64,000 nt of DNA from Lama guanicoe (GCA_013239625.1 MU053504.1:62001-126000); one strand, 5' to 3'; counted from the stretch's first letter, positions 12,801-26,512 are shown. The notes: generated from the letters alone by a model not told the origin. A program made the numbers and translations.

Positions 12801-15799
12801 GTCCTAGGTTCTGCCCATCTCTCATTTCCTCTCTTCTTCCTGTGTGACCTTAAGAAAGTCACTTTACTTCTCTGTGCCTCCACTTCCTGCTCTATCAAGT
12901 GATTAGAAGGAAAATGAGTGGAAGGAAGGGGTCAAGTTTCTGCTCAAGGTCCACCTCCTCCGGGAAGCCTTCCTTGATTGCCCCAGGCAGACTTGGTTAG
13001 AGCAACAGCTCAGAGTATGAAGGAGGATATGAGTATTTGTGTCTTTCATTCCACAACAACCTATTCAACAGATATTTGCTCAGAGTCTACTATGTGCTGG
13101 GAGCTATGCTACCCTCAAGACTGAGAGTTTTTCTCTGTAGCTCCAGCAGCTGGCCCAGAATAGCTAGTAATAAACACAGGTTTTGTAAATAAATGAATGA
13201 GTGAGTGGATGAAAGGAAAGATGAGGAGCTGCCAAGTTTCTCAAATGTGGAACCTGCATCAGTGAGTGATGGTGGGAGTGGACCAGAGATGATGTGGGTG
13301 AACAGCCACAAGGTATTAAATAACAACAGAGCCACAGCGAGAAAGTCATTCTTTTTTCAGTATTTCCCAGATTTTCCAATAGGCTAAGGAGAAAGTCTCC
13401 AGGGATGCTGGTAACACCTTCCTAACACCTGGGGCTTGTGTGCATGTGTGCTCTCTCACTCACTCTTTCTCTCTCTCACCTAGGGGAAGCTGGTCTTGGG
13501 CCCAGAACTTCTGCAGGCAATGGTATCCAGCTGGAAGTTGAGAATATTGTTTTGTTTCCATTTTACTCATTTCAGTTTCTTCTTATTTGTGGTAAGGGAT
13601 TCTGATTTTTCATTTATGTTTGGATATTGCTGCTGGGAGTGCAAAGTGGCCCTGGGGAAACTCTGGAGAAGTGTTGGCACTTTCTGATAAAGTAATGGTC
13701 TGGGACCAGGGTGGTGCTGGGGGCCTGATGTCAGAAAGGAACTCATGATGGTGATGGAAACACTCTCTGTCCTGATGGAGGTGGTGGTTACGTGGGTGTG
13801 TATATTTGTCAAAACACATTGCACTGTTTCCTTTAAGTGGATGTATTTTATTGTGTGCAAATTATCCCCCAATAAAGGTGATTTAAAAACACATATATAT
13901 TTAAATTTGGGGCTTGGAGCTGACTGAAGATTTATGTATATAATATATATATTTTAAGATGTTAAGCACAGATGCCCTGTGGGTGTGGCCAAGTCATAAA
14001 GATTGTCCTTCACTCAGCACAGTCTGGGAAACATGGAGTCAATGAATAAATGGATAGACAGGAGACAGAATAAATGAATGAATGGGTAAATGAGCAAGTG
14101 AATGAATATCTACCTCACCTATGGTAATGAGTCCATTCTACACAGCCCCAACATATCAGGTGGTCTTGATCAGAAGTTGTCCTTTTTCAACTTGCATAGC
14201 TCCTGTGATGGGGAGCTCATTACCTTAAGACATAGGTCTTTCTATTGTCCAAACACTAGGACTGTGTGAAAGACCTTTGCTCATATTAAGGTGATCTTCC
14301 TGGTGACCCCCTGCCCTCTGTGGCTCCACAAACACATCTGCCCCCCTATCTGGGGACAGCCCAAGTGCCCCCTCCCCCATCTGCTCTTCTCTGGGCTCTT
14401 CGCCCCAGATGCTTAGCTGCTCTGCCCACTAGGTTCAACTGACACAGAGCTTACATCATAGCAGGGCAGCAGGGGAGACAAACAACAAGTACACAGGCAA
14501 ATAAACAAAATGATTACAAGCTATGAAGGAAAAAAAAGAGGGTGAGAATATTGGGGAGACTTGGTGAGGGGGGAGACGAAGCAAGAGAGCCTCTCTAAGG
14601 AGTTGACATTTGTGCTGAGTCCTGAAGGATGTGAAGGAGCCAGAAGGATCAGAGAAATGGCATCCCACACAGAGGCAGGAACAAGTGCAAAGGCCCCGAG
14701 GTCAGAAGGCGATTGGAAACTGTGAGGCAGCCAGCCTGGCTAGAGTGGGATGTGTGGGGAAAGGGCAGGTCATTCAGGGCATTGATGGTGAGGAGCCTGG
14801 AATTGTTTTCTAAATTCAATCTGCGAGGACTTTGAAGCAAAGGGTGATATGACTTATGTTTTAGTACACACTCAATAAATATGGACTGAATTAAAATGAA
14901 CGGAAGGCCCTTCTAGTTCCAGTCGTTCGGCACTTCCAAAGTGATAATGATGTGCCTTCCAGGGACAACGAGTGGCCTCTAGAATGGGCTTGACGAGGTT
15001 TGCATCTTGGCTCTACCTCATCCCTGCTGTTTGACTATGGGCAGTGGACCTCATCCTGGCTCTGAGCCTCAGCTTCCTCACCTGCACAATGGGAATAATC
15101 AGTGTGCCCACCTCATGGGGTTGTTGTGACGATCAAATGCCATTATATTTGGGAAGCATTTAAATAACGTCATAAGGGCTTTCTGTTTGTTAGATAAAAT
15201 GAAAAAAGGTAAGGATATGGAGCAAGACAATTAATCCTTTTTCTATCTGTTTCAGTCCTGAGTCCTGCAAGAAGAGAGTCCTGGATTGGTGGAGGTGGGG
15301 TGGGGGTCTCAAACACTTGTTACAGAGAGAGAGATGTGGGGGGAGAGAGAGAGATTGCGCAGCCTCAGTCAGATCTGAAGGAAGTCAGTAACAGTGTTAT
15401 GCATACACTGTTTACTTTGACAACCACATTTATGTAACATGCTATTGATTTTCCATTTAGTCTGGCTATCTCAAGTTTCCCAAGAAAAAAAATTTTTTTT
15501 GGATATAAGTAAAAGAAAAGTAAATAGATTTAGCAATCCAAAAACAGTCATCGCTGAAGGTGCTCTCAACCTCTCCTGTCCCAAGTGGCCCAAATTGTGA
15601 AGGAGGCTCTTGACAGGATTTTAAGAAACATTTTTCTAACATCATCTTCTCATTGTGCCCTTGGGGAACAGGAGGCCCTAATGTGTGTCCGGTGCTTGGC
15701 TGAGTTGCCTCGGGGCACCAGTGGCAGAGTGGGATTCACCCCAGGGACTCTGTCTATATTCTGGCCTGAACTGAAAATCCTGGAAGGGGCTGGTGAACT

Positions 15800-16531
15800 C
15801 TCAAATCTGGGGGTCACCAGTGTCCTCCCTCTCTCTCTCATCCCTCAGATCCAGTTCTATCCATTTGAATATTCTGGGGCTCCATCTTCAAATTACATCC
15901 TGATTTGGATCACTTCTCTCCTCCCTGGTCCAATCACCATCACCTGGGGCCCTGGTGACAGCAGCAGCTTCCCCCTTCACTCCTTCCCCAACCCTGGCCC
16001 ACTCAGCAGGTGGAGCCCGACTAGGTCCCTGCTCTCACATGGTTCCCCGCCAAAGTCCCCAGATGACGGTGCCCACCTCTCCCACCTCATCACCTGCTCA
16101 GCCCAGCCTTATCCCATCCAGGCTGCCCCTGCCACACTGGCTGCCTTGCTGGTTCTTGGACACTCCCTGCAGGATCCCACCTTAGGGCTTTTGTATATGC
16201 TGTTCCTTCTGCCTGAAACCCTTCCCTCTGACATCCGCAAGGCTTCTTTCCTCTCTGTTCTGGTCAGTGCCCCCTCCTCAGAGAGGCCCAGCTACCTTAA
16301 TAAAATTGATATTCCCCATCTCATTCTTTCTTCCTCCCCTGCTTTCCCCTTACAGCACTTATCACTATCAGAAACTGTATTTCACATTTTATACATGTTT
16401 TGTGTGTATTTCTTGCTCATCTCTCCTGAGTGGACTTTAAGAGGACAAGAGTTTCTATCTGTTTTGTACTCTGATGGCCTCAGCACCTAGAACAGTGCCT
16501 GGTGCACAGTAGGCACCTGGTAGAATGAATG
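15800..16531 (+). mobile_element. LINE-2 3' fragment
   Basis: L2 body ending cacctagaacagtgcctggtgcacagtaggcac...gaatgaatg. Confidence 0.7.
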
Positions 16532-17249
16532 TCCAAGGGAGTGTGTGAAGGGTGGGGAGGCAGATCCCTCCAGACCCCTCTGTGGCCCCTTGGTCTCCTC
16601 TCTGGGCATGGCTTCCCTCTCTTCCTGCCCTCACCCCTCAACCATCCAGGGCAACACAGGACAGTGAAGTTTATCCCTCAGGGGAAAGGTTTCCAGCTGC
16701 AGGCAGAACCTCCTCCAACTCCTCCCTCCCCTACAAGCCCAGCGGGAGCCAGCCATGGCCACAAGTGCAGCACCCTCCACAGGGCATCTTTGAAGGGGCA
16801 GACCCATGCCGGGTCCCTTTGGAGAGCCAGGGACCTGCTCCCAGCCCTGTATCCTCAACTGGAAGGAGGTAAGACCAGTGAGAGTGAATGGCCCTTGGGG
16901 AGCCTATTTTACAGATGAGAAAACTGAGGCGCAAGAGGTGAATTTGTCTCCAGGACATCTGGAGCCCTGGTTCCTTCCTCTGTAAAAGGGGGATAATAAC
17001 TTCTCCTTTGTAAGTTTGTTGTGTGGGTTAAATTAGTTCAATAAAGCCTTAGTAGGGTCCGGTACACAGTAGGTGCTCAAGAAATGTTGGCTACTATTGC
17101 TGTTACCGGTGGTGAGTGTACTTACCAAGGTCCCACGGCTCGTAGGTGGCAAGGCCAAGATTCAAACCTAGGTCTGTCAAAATGACCCTTCCCGCCCCAA
17201 CCGCAAAACAATGACAGCAATAACTGTAACACCATCACCAACGCTAATA

Positions 17250-17780
17250 GCATTTTCCACCCCCTGCGGTGGCTCTAAAGTTGTCAGGTGGCAGCACCTG
17301 CCCTGCGCCCACGGCCAGGACCACTGGCGCCAGGCTCTCCCTCCCTCTCGCTCCCTCCGCGGGGACAAGTTGGCGGCCGGCACAACCTCCCGCTGGGGGC
17401 GCCCCCGATCCCGCCGCCTGGGGAGCCCCCCGGGGGAGGCGAGCGCGGCTCCGGGGCTCTGGAAGGAGCCGCGCGGCCTGGAAGACATTACACGGCTGTC
17501 GGCCGGGGGGGCGTCGCGCGGAGTTCCGGAGGGGGTCCCGGCAGCGGCCGCGCCGGGTGGGGGGACGGCCCCACCACAAAGCGCGCTTTGTTCTGCGCTC
17601 CCCCCGGGAGCTGGAACCAATGGATTGGCGGCAGCTGAGGTCATCTGTCAGGCAGCGCCGGGGGTCAGGCCCGGGGAAGGGGCCGCTAGGGAGGGCGGGG
17701 CGGATGGGCCGGCGGGGGGTCCGTGTGTGCGGCCTATTAACCCCGCTGCGCTCGCGGAGCTCTGCGACCAGGTCGCTCCT
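17250..17780. promoter_or_regulatory. Orphan CpG island
   Basis: Very GC- and CpG-rich ~530 bp with no recognisable coding exon; CCAAT pair, GC boxes, palindromic SOX site. Confidence 0.75.
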
Positions 17781-17867
17781 CTGCTGTGGGCCTCAGTTTA
17801 CCCATCTGTCCAACAGAAAAAATAATTTCCTCCCTGTCCACCTCTCGGGATTACTGCATCAAATATG

Positions 17868-17935
17868 GAGGTGATGATGATGCTGAAGGTGGTGGTGGTG
17901 GTGGTGATGATGGTGACGACGATGATGATGGTGGT
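17868..17935. repeat. (GAT/GGT)n compound trinucleotide repeat
   Basis: gatgatgatgctgaaggtggtggtggtggtggtgatgatggtgacgacgatgatgatggtgg. Confidence 0.9.
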
Positions 17936-19496
17936 TTTGTACTGAGCACTCCCTCAGTTCCTGTTCCATGGATGAGCTAGAGTTGGGATTCGAACCCCAA
18001 AGGCTGCGTGGCCACACACAAGCAAATAGAGGCAGGGAGGGACCCTTTGCAGCGCCCATCTGGCCCAGGGTTCTCAGCTTTGATCCTGGGTGCCAGACTT
18101 GGCTTACCTTTTGCAGGGCTGACAGGTGGAGCTGCCCAGACCCAGTCCGGACCCGTTAGAGCTCATCCTCAGGGACTCCTGGTCCAGGGTGGAGCAGGGC
18201 TGGATGCCCCCACCCCACCCCTAGATAGGTGTTTTTTGTGACTGGAGACAGATCAGGGTCTGAACACCTTCCTCTACCCCCATAAAACTAGATCCCATTT
18301 ATTCATTCATTCACACCCCAATCTGTGTGTGCCTCAGCATTCCTGTCCATACAATGAGACAACTAGGCTTCTAAACATCCAATATAGGGTCCTCATCAAA
18401 TCCAGGGATCCCCAGAAATTGCCCAAAAGATTTGTGTGGGTGTTTCTGGAAAAAGAGCTTGTGGCTTTTGTTTGGATTCTCAGCTGTGTTCACGACCCAA
18501 AACAGGTTCAGAAGCACCGGCTGGAGATGGTCACAAACAGATACAGAAGATAATTTCAGGGAATGTGATAAATGACATGAAGAAAATAAAACAGAGTAAG
18601 GAGATACAAGGAGGGTTGGGGCTGCTTCAGACAGTATGGTCAGGCAGGCCCCTCTGAGGAAGTGACCAGAACGAGGGAGACTCTGGGAGAAGAGCAAAGG
18701 CACTAATGGGGTGGATGGCTGGGAAGAAATGCGACCTGCAAAATAAAGTAAAAAAGAAAACCTTCCTTACTTACACAAACTCACACACACAAAACTAACT
18801 ACAAAGTTAGAAAAAGGTCTGGAAGGGTATACACCAAATTCATGAAGGTGAATGTCCCAAGAGTAGGGAGGGCAAAGGGACCATTAGGACAAGGACTCAT
18901 GGTGGGCTTTGGCTTGCCCCTAAAATTTTTTGTCAGTATTTCATTACTTTATTTGGCTATATTCATGTTTAAAAGGTGAATATACTCATATATAACTTGT
19001 GAAATAAAAAAAAATTTAAAATCTACCATGGTTAAAGGGGTTGGTCCCAGGGCAGTGAGGGAAACAAGGGGTCCCTAAACACTGCCTTTCACTGGACCTA
19101 AGTTTTCTGGGGCAATGGTTTGTTTGGGGGAGGGGACACATCTTGGATCAGGGAGCCCAGAAGAGGCATGTGACTCAGCTCGGAGGATCTGGAAGCTTCT
19201 TGGAGAAGGTGCCACCTTTGCTGAGCTTGTAGCCTATCTGGTCCAGAACTCCCAGCACAGGGACTAAGAGGACAGCCTAGAGAGGCCATGATGTGTGCAA
19301 GGCCACAGAGCAAGGTCGGACAGGATAAGTACAACATGAAGCTCCAACTCCCAGCCAAGTCTCCTCCTGCCTGAATCCCTGGCTTCCCTGGGCAACCGAT
19401 GGGGCTCCCTCATTGTCAGACCCCTCCACCCATCCCCTTCCCACAGCGGTTGCTCCGCGGACTGGAGGCCAAGCTCAGCTCAGGCAGGCTGGAACG

Positions 19497-19530
19497 CAGC
19501 GCCACCTGCCGGCCCAAGAGGGAAATGCAG
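19497..19530 (-). promoter_or_regulatory. CTCF site (core plus upstream motif)
   Basis: Minus strand CTGCATTTCCC-TCTTG-GGCCGGCAGGTGGCGCTG matches the CTCF core and the TGCAnTnCC upstream module. Confidence 0.7.
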
Positions 19531-20026
19531 TTCTCAGTCTCCACTGAGAGCAACCGGCAGGTTTCACCCTGCAAAAACGCAAATCCTCTTCCTTAAGAAT
19601 GATCAGTCCCTCCCGCTTCAGGTCTGTTCTGCCCCCCCCCCTTGCCTAGCAGAACCCCTAGTGCTGCCCGCTTGGGCCTTGCCTGCAGGAAGATAAAGTC
19701 TTTTCAGGAAACGGCAACCACTCTGTCACTCCAGCTCAGTGGGTGCGGGAGATGATGACTCACATGAGACAATGGCACCTCATGACAGCAGTTTACAAAG
19801 CATGTCCTCAGCTTCCTCCTTTCACTACAAACTTCAGGGGCAGACAGTCCATTGGCCAGCTTAGAAAAAGCCCCAGGGAAGAGTTTGTCCAATGTCATGT
19901 GGTGAGTGGGTACACAAGCTGGTTCAGAACATGGATCTCCTAGGACCCAGTGCAAGGGTCTTTCTTCTCCACTGGGGGTAAAGAGGCTGTCAACATACTT
20001 GAAAATAACTGACCCAGTCTGGATCA

Positions 20027-20195
20027 TTGGTTCTCAGCTTGTGGTCCCTGGATAGCAGCATCAGCATCACCTGGGAACTTGTTAGAAAAGCAAATTCTCA
20101 GGCTCCACCCCAGATCTTCCAAATCAGCACCTCTGTGGGTGGGCCAGCCATCTGTGTTTTAGCAAACCCATGTGAAAACCTGAACCACTGGCCTA
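20027..20195. mobile_element. MER5A-like hAT DNA transposon (MITE)
   Basis: tggttctca...gtggtccctggatagcagcatcagcatcacctgggaacttgttagaaa...gcaaattctcaggctccacccca...aaccactg. Confidence 0.75.
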
Positions 20196-20899
20196 AAGCA
20201 ATTACACCTCCCTTTCTATTAAATATACTTTTATTTGGGAATGATTTTCAATTTACAGAAAAGTTGTAAATAGAATACACAGTTCCCATATACTCGGCAC
20301 TCAGCCTACCCCAATGTCAACATTAGTATTAACTAAGATCCAGACCTTATTCAGATTTCCAGTTTTTCCAGGAATATTCTTTTTTGTTGTTGTTCCAAGA
20401 TCCAATCCAGGAAATCACACTCTTGTTTAGGACAACATCCCTTTAAATTCCATTCATCACCTCAATCTTCTTTCCCTGGGACAGAGAACGGGTGGGAAAG
20501 CTGTTGTCTTCATTAGTGAGCTGGGGAAACTGAGGTTTGAAAATTCCAAGGGACTGAGTTCTCTTAGCAGGGTAGTGAGAGCAAGGCCTGCCTCACTCTG
20601 AGCCCTTCCTTTACTTCTTCCCTTTCCCCCAAGACTTGACGATTTCAGAAGCCCCTCTGAAATGTCCCACCTGGCCTACCCACCCCGTTACCCACCAGTA
20701 CAGACAGTGAGAGATGCCCCCTCCCAGAGTGAGCTCAGCCCTGGGAGAGATCCTCCTGCTGTCTCTTCACCTCCTCCCCTCTGCAGGGCCAGCCCAGTGT
20801 CTTAGTGACTTCAGCCTGGACAGAGCAAGGTCCTGGGCAAGAGAGAGAGAGACTGAGTGAGAGAGAAGCAGTATTATCTGCTTATACAAAATCACTCAT

Positions 20900-21950
20900 G
20901 ATTGATGGGAAAAAAAATGCCACAAATCCTTTGTAGTTTCTCCAAGAGGTGTAGTCTGTTTTTCCCAGCCCTTGAAACTGGGCCAAACTTTTGATTTGCT
21001 CTGACCAAAAGGACTCAGCAGAAGTGATGGTGCACCAATTCTGACCCAGAACTCAAAAAAGCCTTTGCAGGTGCTTCTTCTCTCTCTCTCTCTGAGCCCT
21101 GAAGCAATCAGGCAAATAAGCCTGAGCTAACCTGCTGGAGAGGCTACATGGAGGAGAACCAAGTCACCCAGGCAACAGCCTCCCTACTGCCAGACAAGTG
21201 AGTAAGCCTATCCGAGGCCATCCAGCCCCATCTGGGGTAACAAGCGACTGCATGCAACCCCATGAGTAACCCTGGGTAAGATCAGCAGAACTGGCCAGAT
21301 GAGCCCAGCCCAAATTGCCAACCCCCCAGATTGTAGGCAAATCAACAACTGGCTTTTAGCTGCTGAGTTCTGGAATTGTTGTTGCACAGCAAAGGCCAAC
21401 TGATCCCCAATTCCTCATTTCTTTCTTGCTAGTGGGATTCCAATTTTATTTCAGGCGGCATCCCAGTCCCAGGAGATGGGATATGATTTGTCTACTCAAT
21501 TGTGACAATTCTGTTCCTGCCACCTGAGCTTTCTCTACAGCTAGGGGTGGCAATTGTAGCTGATTTGAGCCACCGAGACCTAAGTGGAAATACACAGGGG
21601 AAGAGAGCAGGAAACAGACCTCTGAAAAAGGTTTCACTTTATAATAGAAGTTGACAGATCCAGCTGGCTTGGCCCTTCCTCCTCCCTAACTCCATTCTTC
21701 CTTGAACACAGCCATGATTGCTGGAGCTACAGCAGCCATCTTGTGACCATGAAGTAACAAACAATGAGGGAAAGGCCACAAGGATCACAGAGATGTGTGC
21801 CCTAACTTTGCTGAGTTGTGAAACCAATACCATTAGCCATCTGTCTCCAGAATTCATGCCATATGGAGAAATAAACTTCTCTTTGTTGAAGCCACGCTAA
21901 CCGAGGTTTTCCTTTACTTGCAGCTGAACGTATCCACATGACAGGATACA
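20900..21950. mobile_element. Two adjacent MLT1-type LTR remnants
   Basis: MLT1 motifs (cagcagaagtgatgg, gagcccagcccaaattgcc, ggagctacagcagccatcttgtgaccatga, tacttgcagctgaa); boundaries approximate. Confidence 0.55.
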
Positions 21951-22286
21951 GAAAGACAGAGATGTAGAAAGATCTTCCTTCTTGGGAATCTGGAGTCAGC
22001 AGCAGGTGGCTCTCCAAACCCATCTCCTTTCTCATTTCACCCTCTCAATAATCCCTTGAGAGCAAACACACGATCCTATTTTCACCAAGGTGGGAAGTGG
22101 GGCTCCCACACAATTCAGTCATGAGCCCAAGGTCTTGCAGCTAGCAAAGAGGGTGCTTCAAGTCATACCTGCTCCCCAGGCACAAAAAGAATGCACCCCT
22201 GCTACACCTTCTTCCTGGCCCAGCCCACTGGAGGCGGGGCATGTCTTCTGGGCTCTTGCGAGCGGTGGCCAGTTGCAAGGAGGCTC

Positions 22287-22490
22287 CTATTGCAAGTCCG
22301 GCGTGGAAGCACCCAGGTACACCCTGAGGTCCGAGAGGGTGGACTGGACAAGCTTGGCTGGGATGGTCTCTCGCTGCAGCTGCTGGTAGGCTGCATAACG
22401 GTGGCAGCCCCCGAAGGAGTAGAAGTAGTTACCACCCTGGGCCCCTTTGATCCAGAGGACATCGATGGGGGGCACTCTGTCTGGATCCTC
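22287..22490 (-). CDS. SRXN1: Sulfiredoxin-1, coding exon 2 ([67 protein letters not shown])
   Basis: Catalytic FGGCHR motif; polypyrimidine tract plus CAG acceptor at 22491-22493; TAG stop at 22287-22289; phase-0 join to exon 1. Confidence 0.98.
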   Translation of the reverse strand, partial: EDPDRVPPIDVLWIKGAQGGNYFYSFGGCHRYAAYQQLQRETIPAKLVQSTLSDLRVYLGASTPDLQ

Positions 22491-23287
22491 CTGGAGAGAA
22501 GAGGGCGAGTGAGTGTGGCACAGTGCCTCACAGTTTGCAAAGCAGATTTTGTTCACCTGTGCTGAGCTCCTCCAGGGTGCTCACACTGGCTCGTGCTGTG
22601 AAATAGTCAGTTTTGTGAACTGGTTGACATCACCTTGGGAGCTTGAAAGTCAGCCATGGTGAGAGTGTTTACATCAGGGAAATGGGCAGATGCTACAAAT
22701 CAGGGCTTTTTTCCCCTCCCTAGAGACTAGGTTATTAACCATGTATCATACCATTTGCATATATTATCTGGCACCATTCTAGACTGGGAATAAGGTATAG
22801 ACACAGCCCCTGCCTTCGTGGGGCTTCTGTCTAGGGGGGCAGATGGAATGAGAAAGTCAATGTTAGAGTGAGAAATGCTATGAAGACAATAACACAGGTT
22901 GACACGACAGGAATGACATGAGGCCTCTCTGGGGTGACAATGGAGTACAGAGACCAGAACACAGAGAAGTTCCCTGGGGAAGACAGAGAGGTGGAATCGT
23001 TTAGAGAAAGAGCCCACCTGCCAGGTTCAAACCTCAGCCCTGCTACTTAACTGCTCTGTGACCTTGGGCAATTCACAATTGTGCCTCAGTTGCCCCATCT
23101 ATCAAGTGGGGATGAAGATGACAGCCCCACCTCCTAGAACTGTCGGGTGTCATGAGTTAATAGATATAAATTGGTTCAAATGACACTGGGTGTGTGGAAA
23201 GTGCTCAACAATCACACTGTGTATTACCTGTGGGAAGAGCATTCTAGGCAAAGGAAACAGCAAATGCAAAAAAAAAAAAAAAAAAAA

Positions 23288-23332
23288 NNNNNNNNNNNNN
23301 NNNNNNNNNNNNNNNNNNNNNNNNNNNNNNNN
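23288..23332. other. Assembly gap (45 N) between an A-run and a T-run
   Basis: Ns in sequence. Confidence 0.99.
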
Positions 23333-23965
23333 TTTTTTTTATTTCTTTTATTTATTTTTTCTTCTAGTTTTATTGAGACAGAATGGAGATACAGCACTGG
23401 AGAAGGTGGAGGTGTACTGACTTACATCCATCATGCAGTGATGATGACAATTAGTTTAGTGAACATCCATCATCTCATCTAGATACAAAATTAAAGAAAT
23501 AGAAAAAATCATTTTTCCTCGTGATGAGAACTCAGGATTCTCTCTTAATCACGTTCACATGTAGTGTACAGCAGTGTTAATTATACTGATCACGTTGTAC
23601 ATTACATCCCTAGCACTTATTTATCTTATAGCTGGAAGTTAGTACCTTTTGATCACTTTTCATACAACTCTCCCTCTCCTCACCACTCCCCCCAAACCCT
23701 ACCTCTGGTAGCCACAAATCTGATCTCTTTTCTACTAGTTTATTTGTTTTTGAAATAGAATTGACTTATGATACTATATTAGTTCCTGATATACAACATA
23801 ATGATTCGGTATTTCTATACATTCCAAAATGATCACTATGATAAATCTAGTTACAATCCCATCTGTCACTATACAAAGATATTACATAGTTATTGACTAT
23901 AGTCCCCACCTTGTACATTTCTGACCCGGGACTCCTTTATTTTATAACTGAAAGTTTGTACCTCT
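23333..23965 (-). mobile_element. L1MA9-like L1 3' end in the SRXN1 intron
   Basis: Poly(T) followed by tagtttagtgaacatccatcatctcat, gtgatgagaactcaggatt and tacattacatccctagcacttatttatcttata; interrupts an L2. Confidence 0.7.
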
Positions 23966-24727
23966 TAGGTCCTGGAGCGTTTTAAACAGGGGAGGGTGAC
24001 ATGATCTGAGGAACAGTCTAGAAAGCTGTCATGGGACAGCAGGCATAGTGGAGTGGACAGAGGCGAGATCAGGGAGGACAGAGGCCTCAGCAGGTATTCA
24101 GCCAAAGATGCTGGCCTGGGTGAGGGTGCAGCGGGGACAGGGAGAAGTAGGCAGGTTTGGGACAATTTTAGGGGGCAGATTTTACGGGAGGGATGAATGT
24201 GAGAGAAGGGAGGAGGAGTCTAAGTTGACTCCCTGCCTGGGGCCTAAGCCGCCAGATGGAGAATGGTGATCCTCCACGTGTAGAAAGCCAGGCGTGGGGT
24301 GGGATGGGGATGGGGGCAGGGCCTGCTGGGGAGACCAAATGAAGTGTGAGTTGCCTCCTGCCCTTGGCCCGTGGGTGGTCTCTTATTCGGCTGCTTTGAT
24401 GGATCCATTTACCTATTTATCCCAGAGATGATTGTTAAGCAGTACGGCCCATGAGCTGGGCTCTTGAACCAGGCAAACCCGAGTTTGAGTCTCAGCTCCT
24501 CCAAAGAGCGGTGGGGGGTGGGGGGGAGAGGGAGGCTAGGCAAGCGGTCTCAGCACTGAGCATTGTTCCTCAACTGTAAAGTGGGAACGGACACCCTATA
24601 GGGCTGCTGCTGAAGTCAGGGAGCTGATGCCTGTGAGGTTCGGAGCACAGGCTGCCTGGCAGTGGAGTGGGAACAAGGGGCAACTGCCAGGTGGGCCTTG
24701 TGCTGGGCACCCAGGGGCCTGCTGACA

Positions 24728-25178
24728 GGTGGGCAGCATAATGGCCCCCAAAGATGTCCAACTCCTAATCCCTGGAGCCTGTGAGTATTCTCCTTACGTG
24801 GAAGAGGGACTTTGCAGACGCTGTTAAGGCTCTTGAGATGGGGAGATTATCCTGGGTTATCCAGATGGGCCAAATGTAATCACCAGGGACCTTAAACATG
24901 GAAGAGAGAGGAACCAGAGGAGGTCTGATGTTGCTGGCTTTGAAGATGGAGGAAAGAGGCCAGAAGCCAAAAAACGTGGGTGGCCTTTAGAAGCTGGGAA
25001 AGGATTCTCCCCTAGAGACTCCAGAAAACCATGCAGCCCTGCTGATATCTTGATTGTAGTCCAGTGAGACCCATTTTGGACTTCTGAACCATAGAACTAT
25101 AAAATAATAAAATCTGTCTTTGTTTTAAGCCACCAAGTTTCTGGTAATTTGTTACAGTCGCCATAGAAATCGAATACA
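24728..25178 (+). mobile_element. MLT1C/D-like solo LTR
   Basis: ataatggcccccaaagatgtcc...ggagattatcctgggttatcc...ttttaagccaccaagtttctggtaatttgttacag...aataca. Confidence 0.8.
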
Positions 25179-26512
25179 TATGGTAAACAAAGATAGTCTT
25201 GGTTCTTGCCCTCACAGAGCATATGGTTCTGGCGGGGAAGACAGGTGTCTGAAGCCATTACAACCCAGTGGGATCAGAGCTGTGCTGGTGGGCATGCAGG
25301 TGGCTGAGTGCCCCCAGGAGGCCCCTAACCCAGTAAGGGCTGTCAGGGAAGACACTGACACTGAGACAGGAAGATCAAGAAAGCATTAGAAACAGTAAAG
25401 AAGAGACGAAAGAGTTTTTTGGGCAGGGGAAAAAGCCTGTGCAAAGGCCCAGGGGCGAGAAAGAGCATGCACAGCCAGGTCCAGCACAAACAGCCAGGCA
25501 CCTTGCTCGTGTTATGGAAACAGCCAAGACAGGATAAAGTCCCTGCTTCTGTGGAGTTCACATGAGGTGGGGAGGACAGACAATAAAACACAAACAAACG
25601 AATGTATACTATGACTCTGGTGGACATAAGTGCTTTAAGGAGAAACACCTGAGGTTAAGGGGAGAGCTACAGAGGGGGAGGGCTGACAGGGAGGTGGACA
25701 CCTGACCCAAGCGAGGGAGCAGGCCCTGGGGCTCTTTGGGAAGCAGTTCCAGGCAGTGCGAACAGCAATGCAAACTCTAGGACAGAAAGACACTTGGGTT
25801 GGGGGGAAGGTAGGGTAAACAGGAGAGGTCTTTGGTGGGGCCTCGAGGTCTCACATGGTCACCTTCCAAGGGTCTGGGGGAGGCAGACATGATGCCGGGC
25901 AGGCCCCACCTGACACATATGTCCCCTCCCTCCCCTCAAGGTCCTGCCAGGATCACTCAAACTTTCTCGAGCACCCCTCTGTGATGTGGCTGACCTGTCC
26001 TCGCCCAGTTCCGGGTCAAACAAGGCCCTCCTAGCAGACATGACACTCCCAGTCCCACTGCCACAGTCATGAGTGACTGCACAGCTTATCTCTGGATAAT
26101 GTGGTGGCCATGCAGCTGGGCACTGGGGCCAGGCGGTGCCACTTTCTAAAATGCCTAACCCTGGACAAGTTGCTTGAATCCTCTCTTGCCACAACGCTTC
26201 ATCTGTAAAAGAGGAACAGTGGTAGTGTGTACCTCATAGGGTTGGCATGAAGAAGATAAGGCACGTAAAACAGCTTTTGGGCCACTCACTTCAAGTTCTA
26301 TCTTTATAGGAGTCAGAGATCGTTATTTTAGTTATCTCCTCCAATCTCCTTGCTCAATGAGGAAACAGAGGCCCAGAGAGGCCCAGCTACTTGCTCAAGG
26401 TCACACAGCAAATGCTGAGTTCTGGCAGAGAGTGGAACCAGTCCTGTCTCGCGTCCAGCGTGACCTCCCTCCTCCGAAGCCCCCCCTGCGGCCGGCTTCC
26501 CCGGGGCCTCAC

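Noticed and set aside
15585..16490. 301-aa ORF on the plus strand
   Set aside because: Non-ATG start, mostly inside a decayed L2, no recognisable domain; chance open frame
17177..17874. Several 110-204-aa ORFs over the orphan CpG island
   Set aside because: Low-complexity G/P/A/R translations on both strands, no homology recognised
20228..21452. Candidate SRXN1 poly(A) signals (AATAAA on minus near 21445-21450 and ~20230)
   Set aside because: Both lie in or next to repeats and cannot be chosen between without 3'-end data
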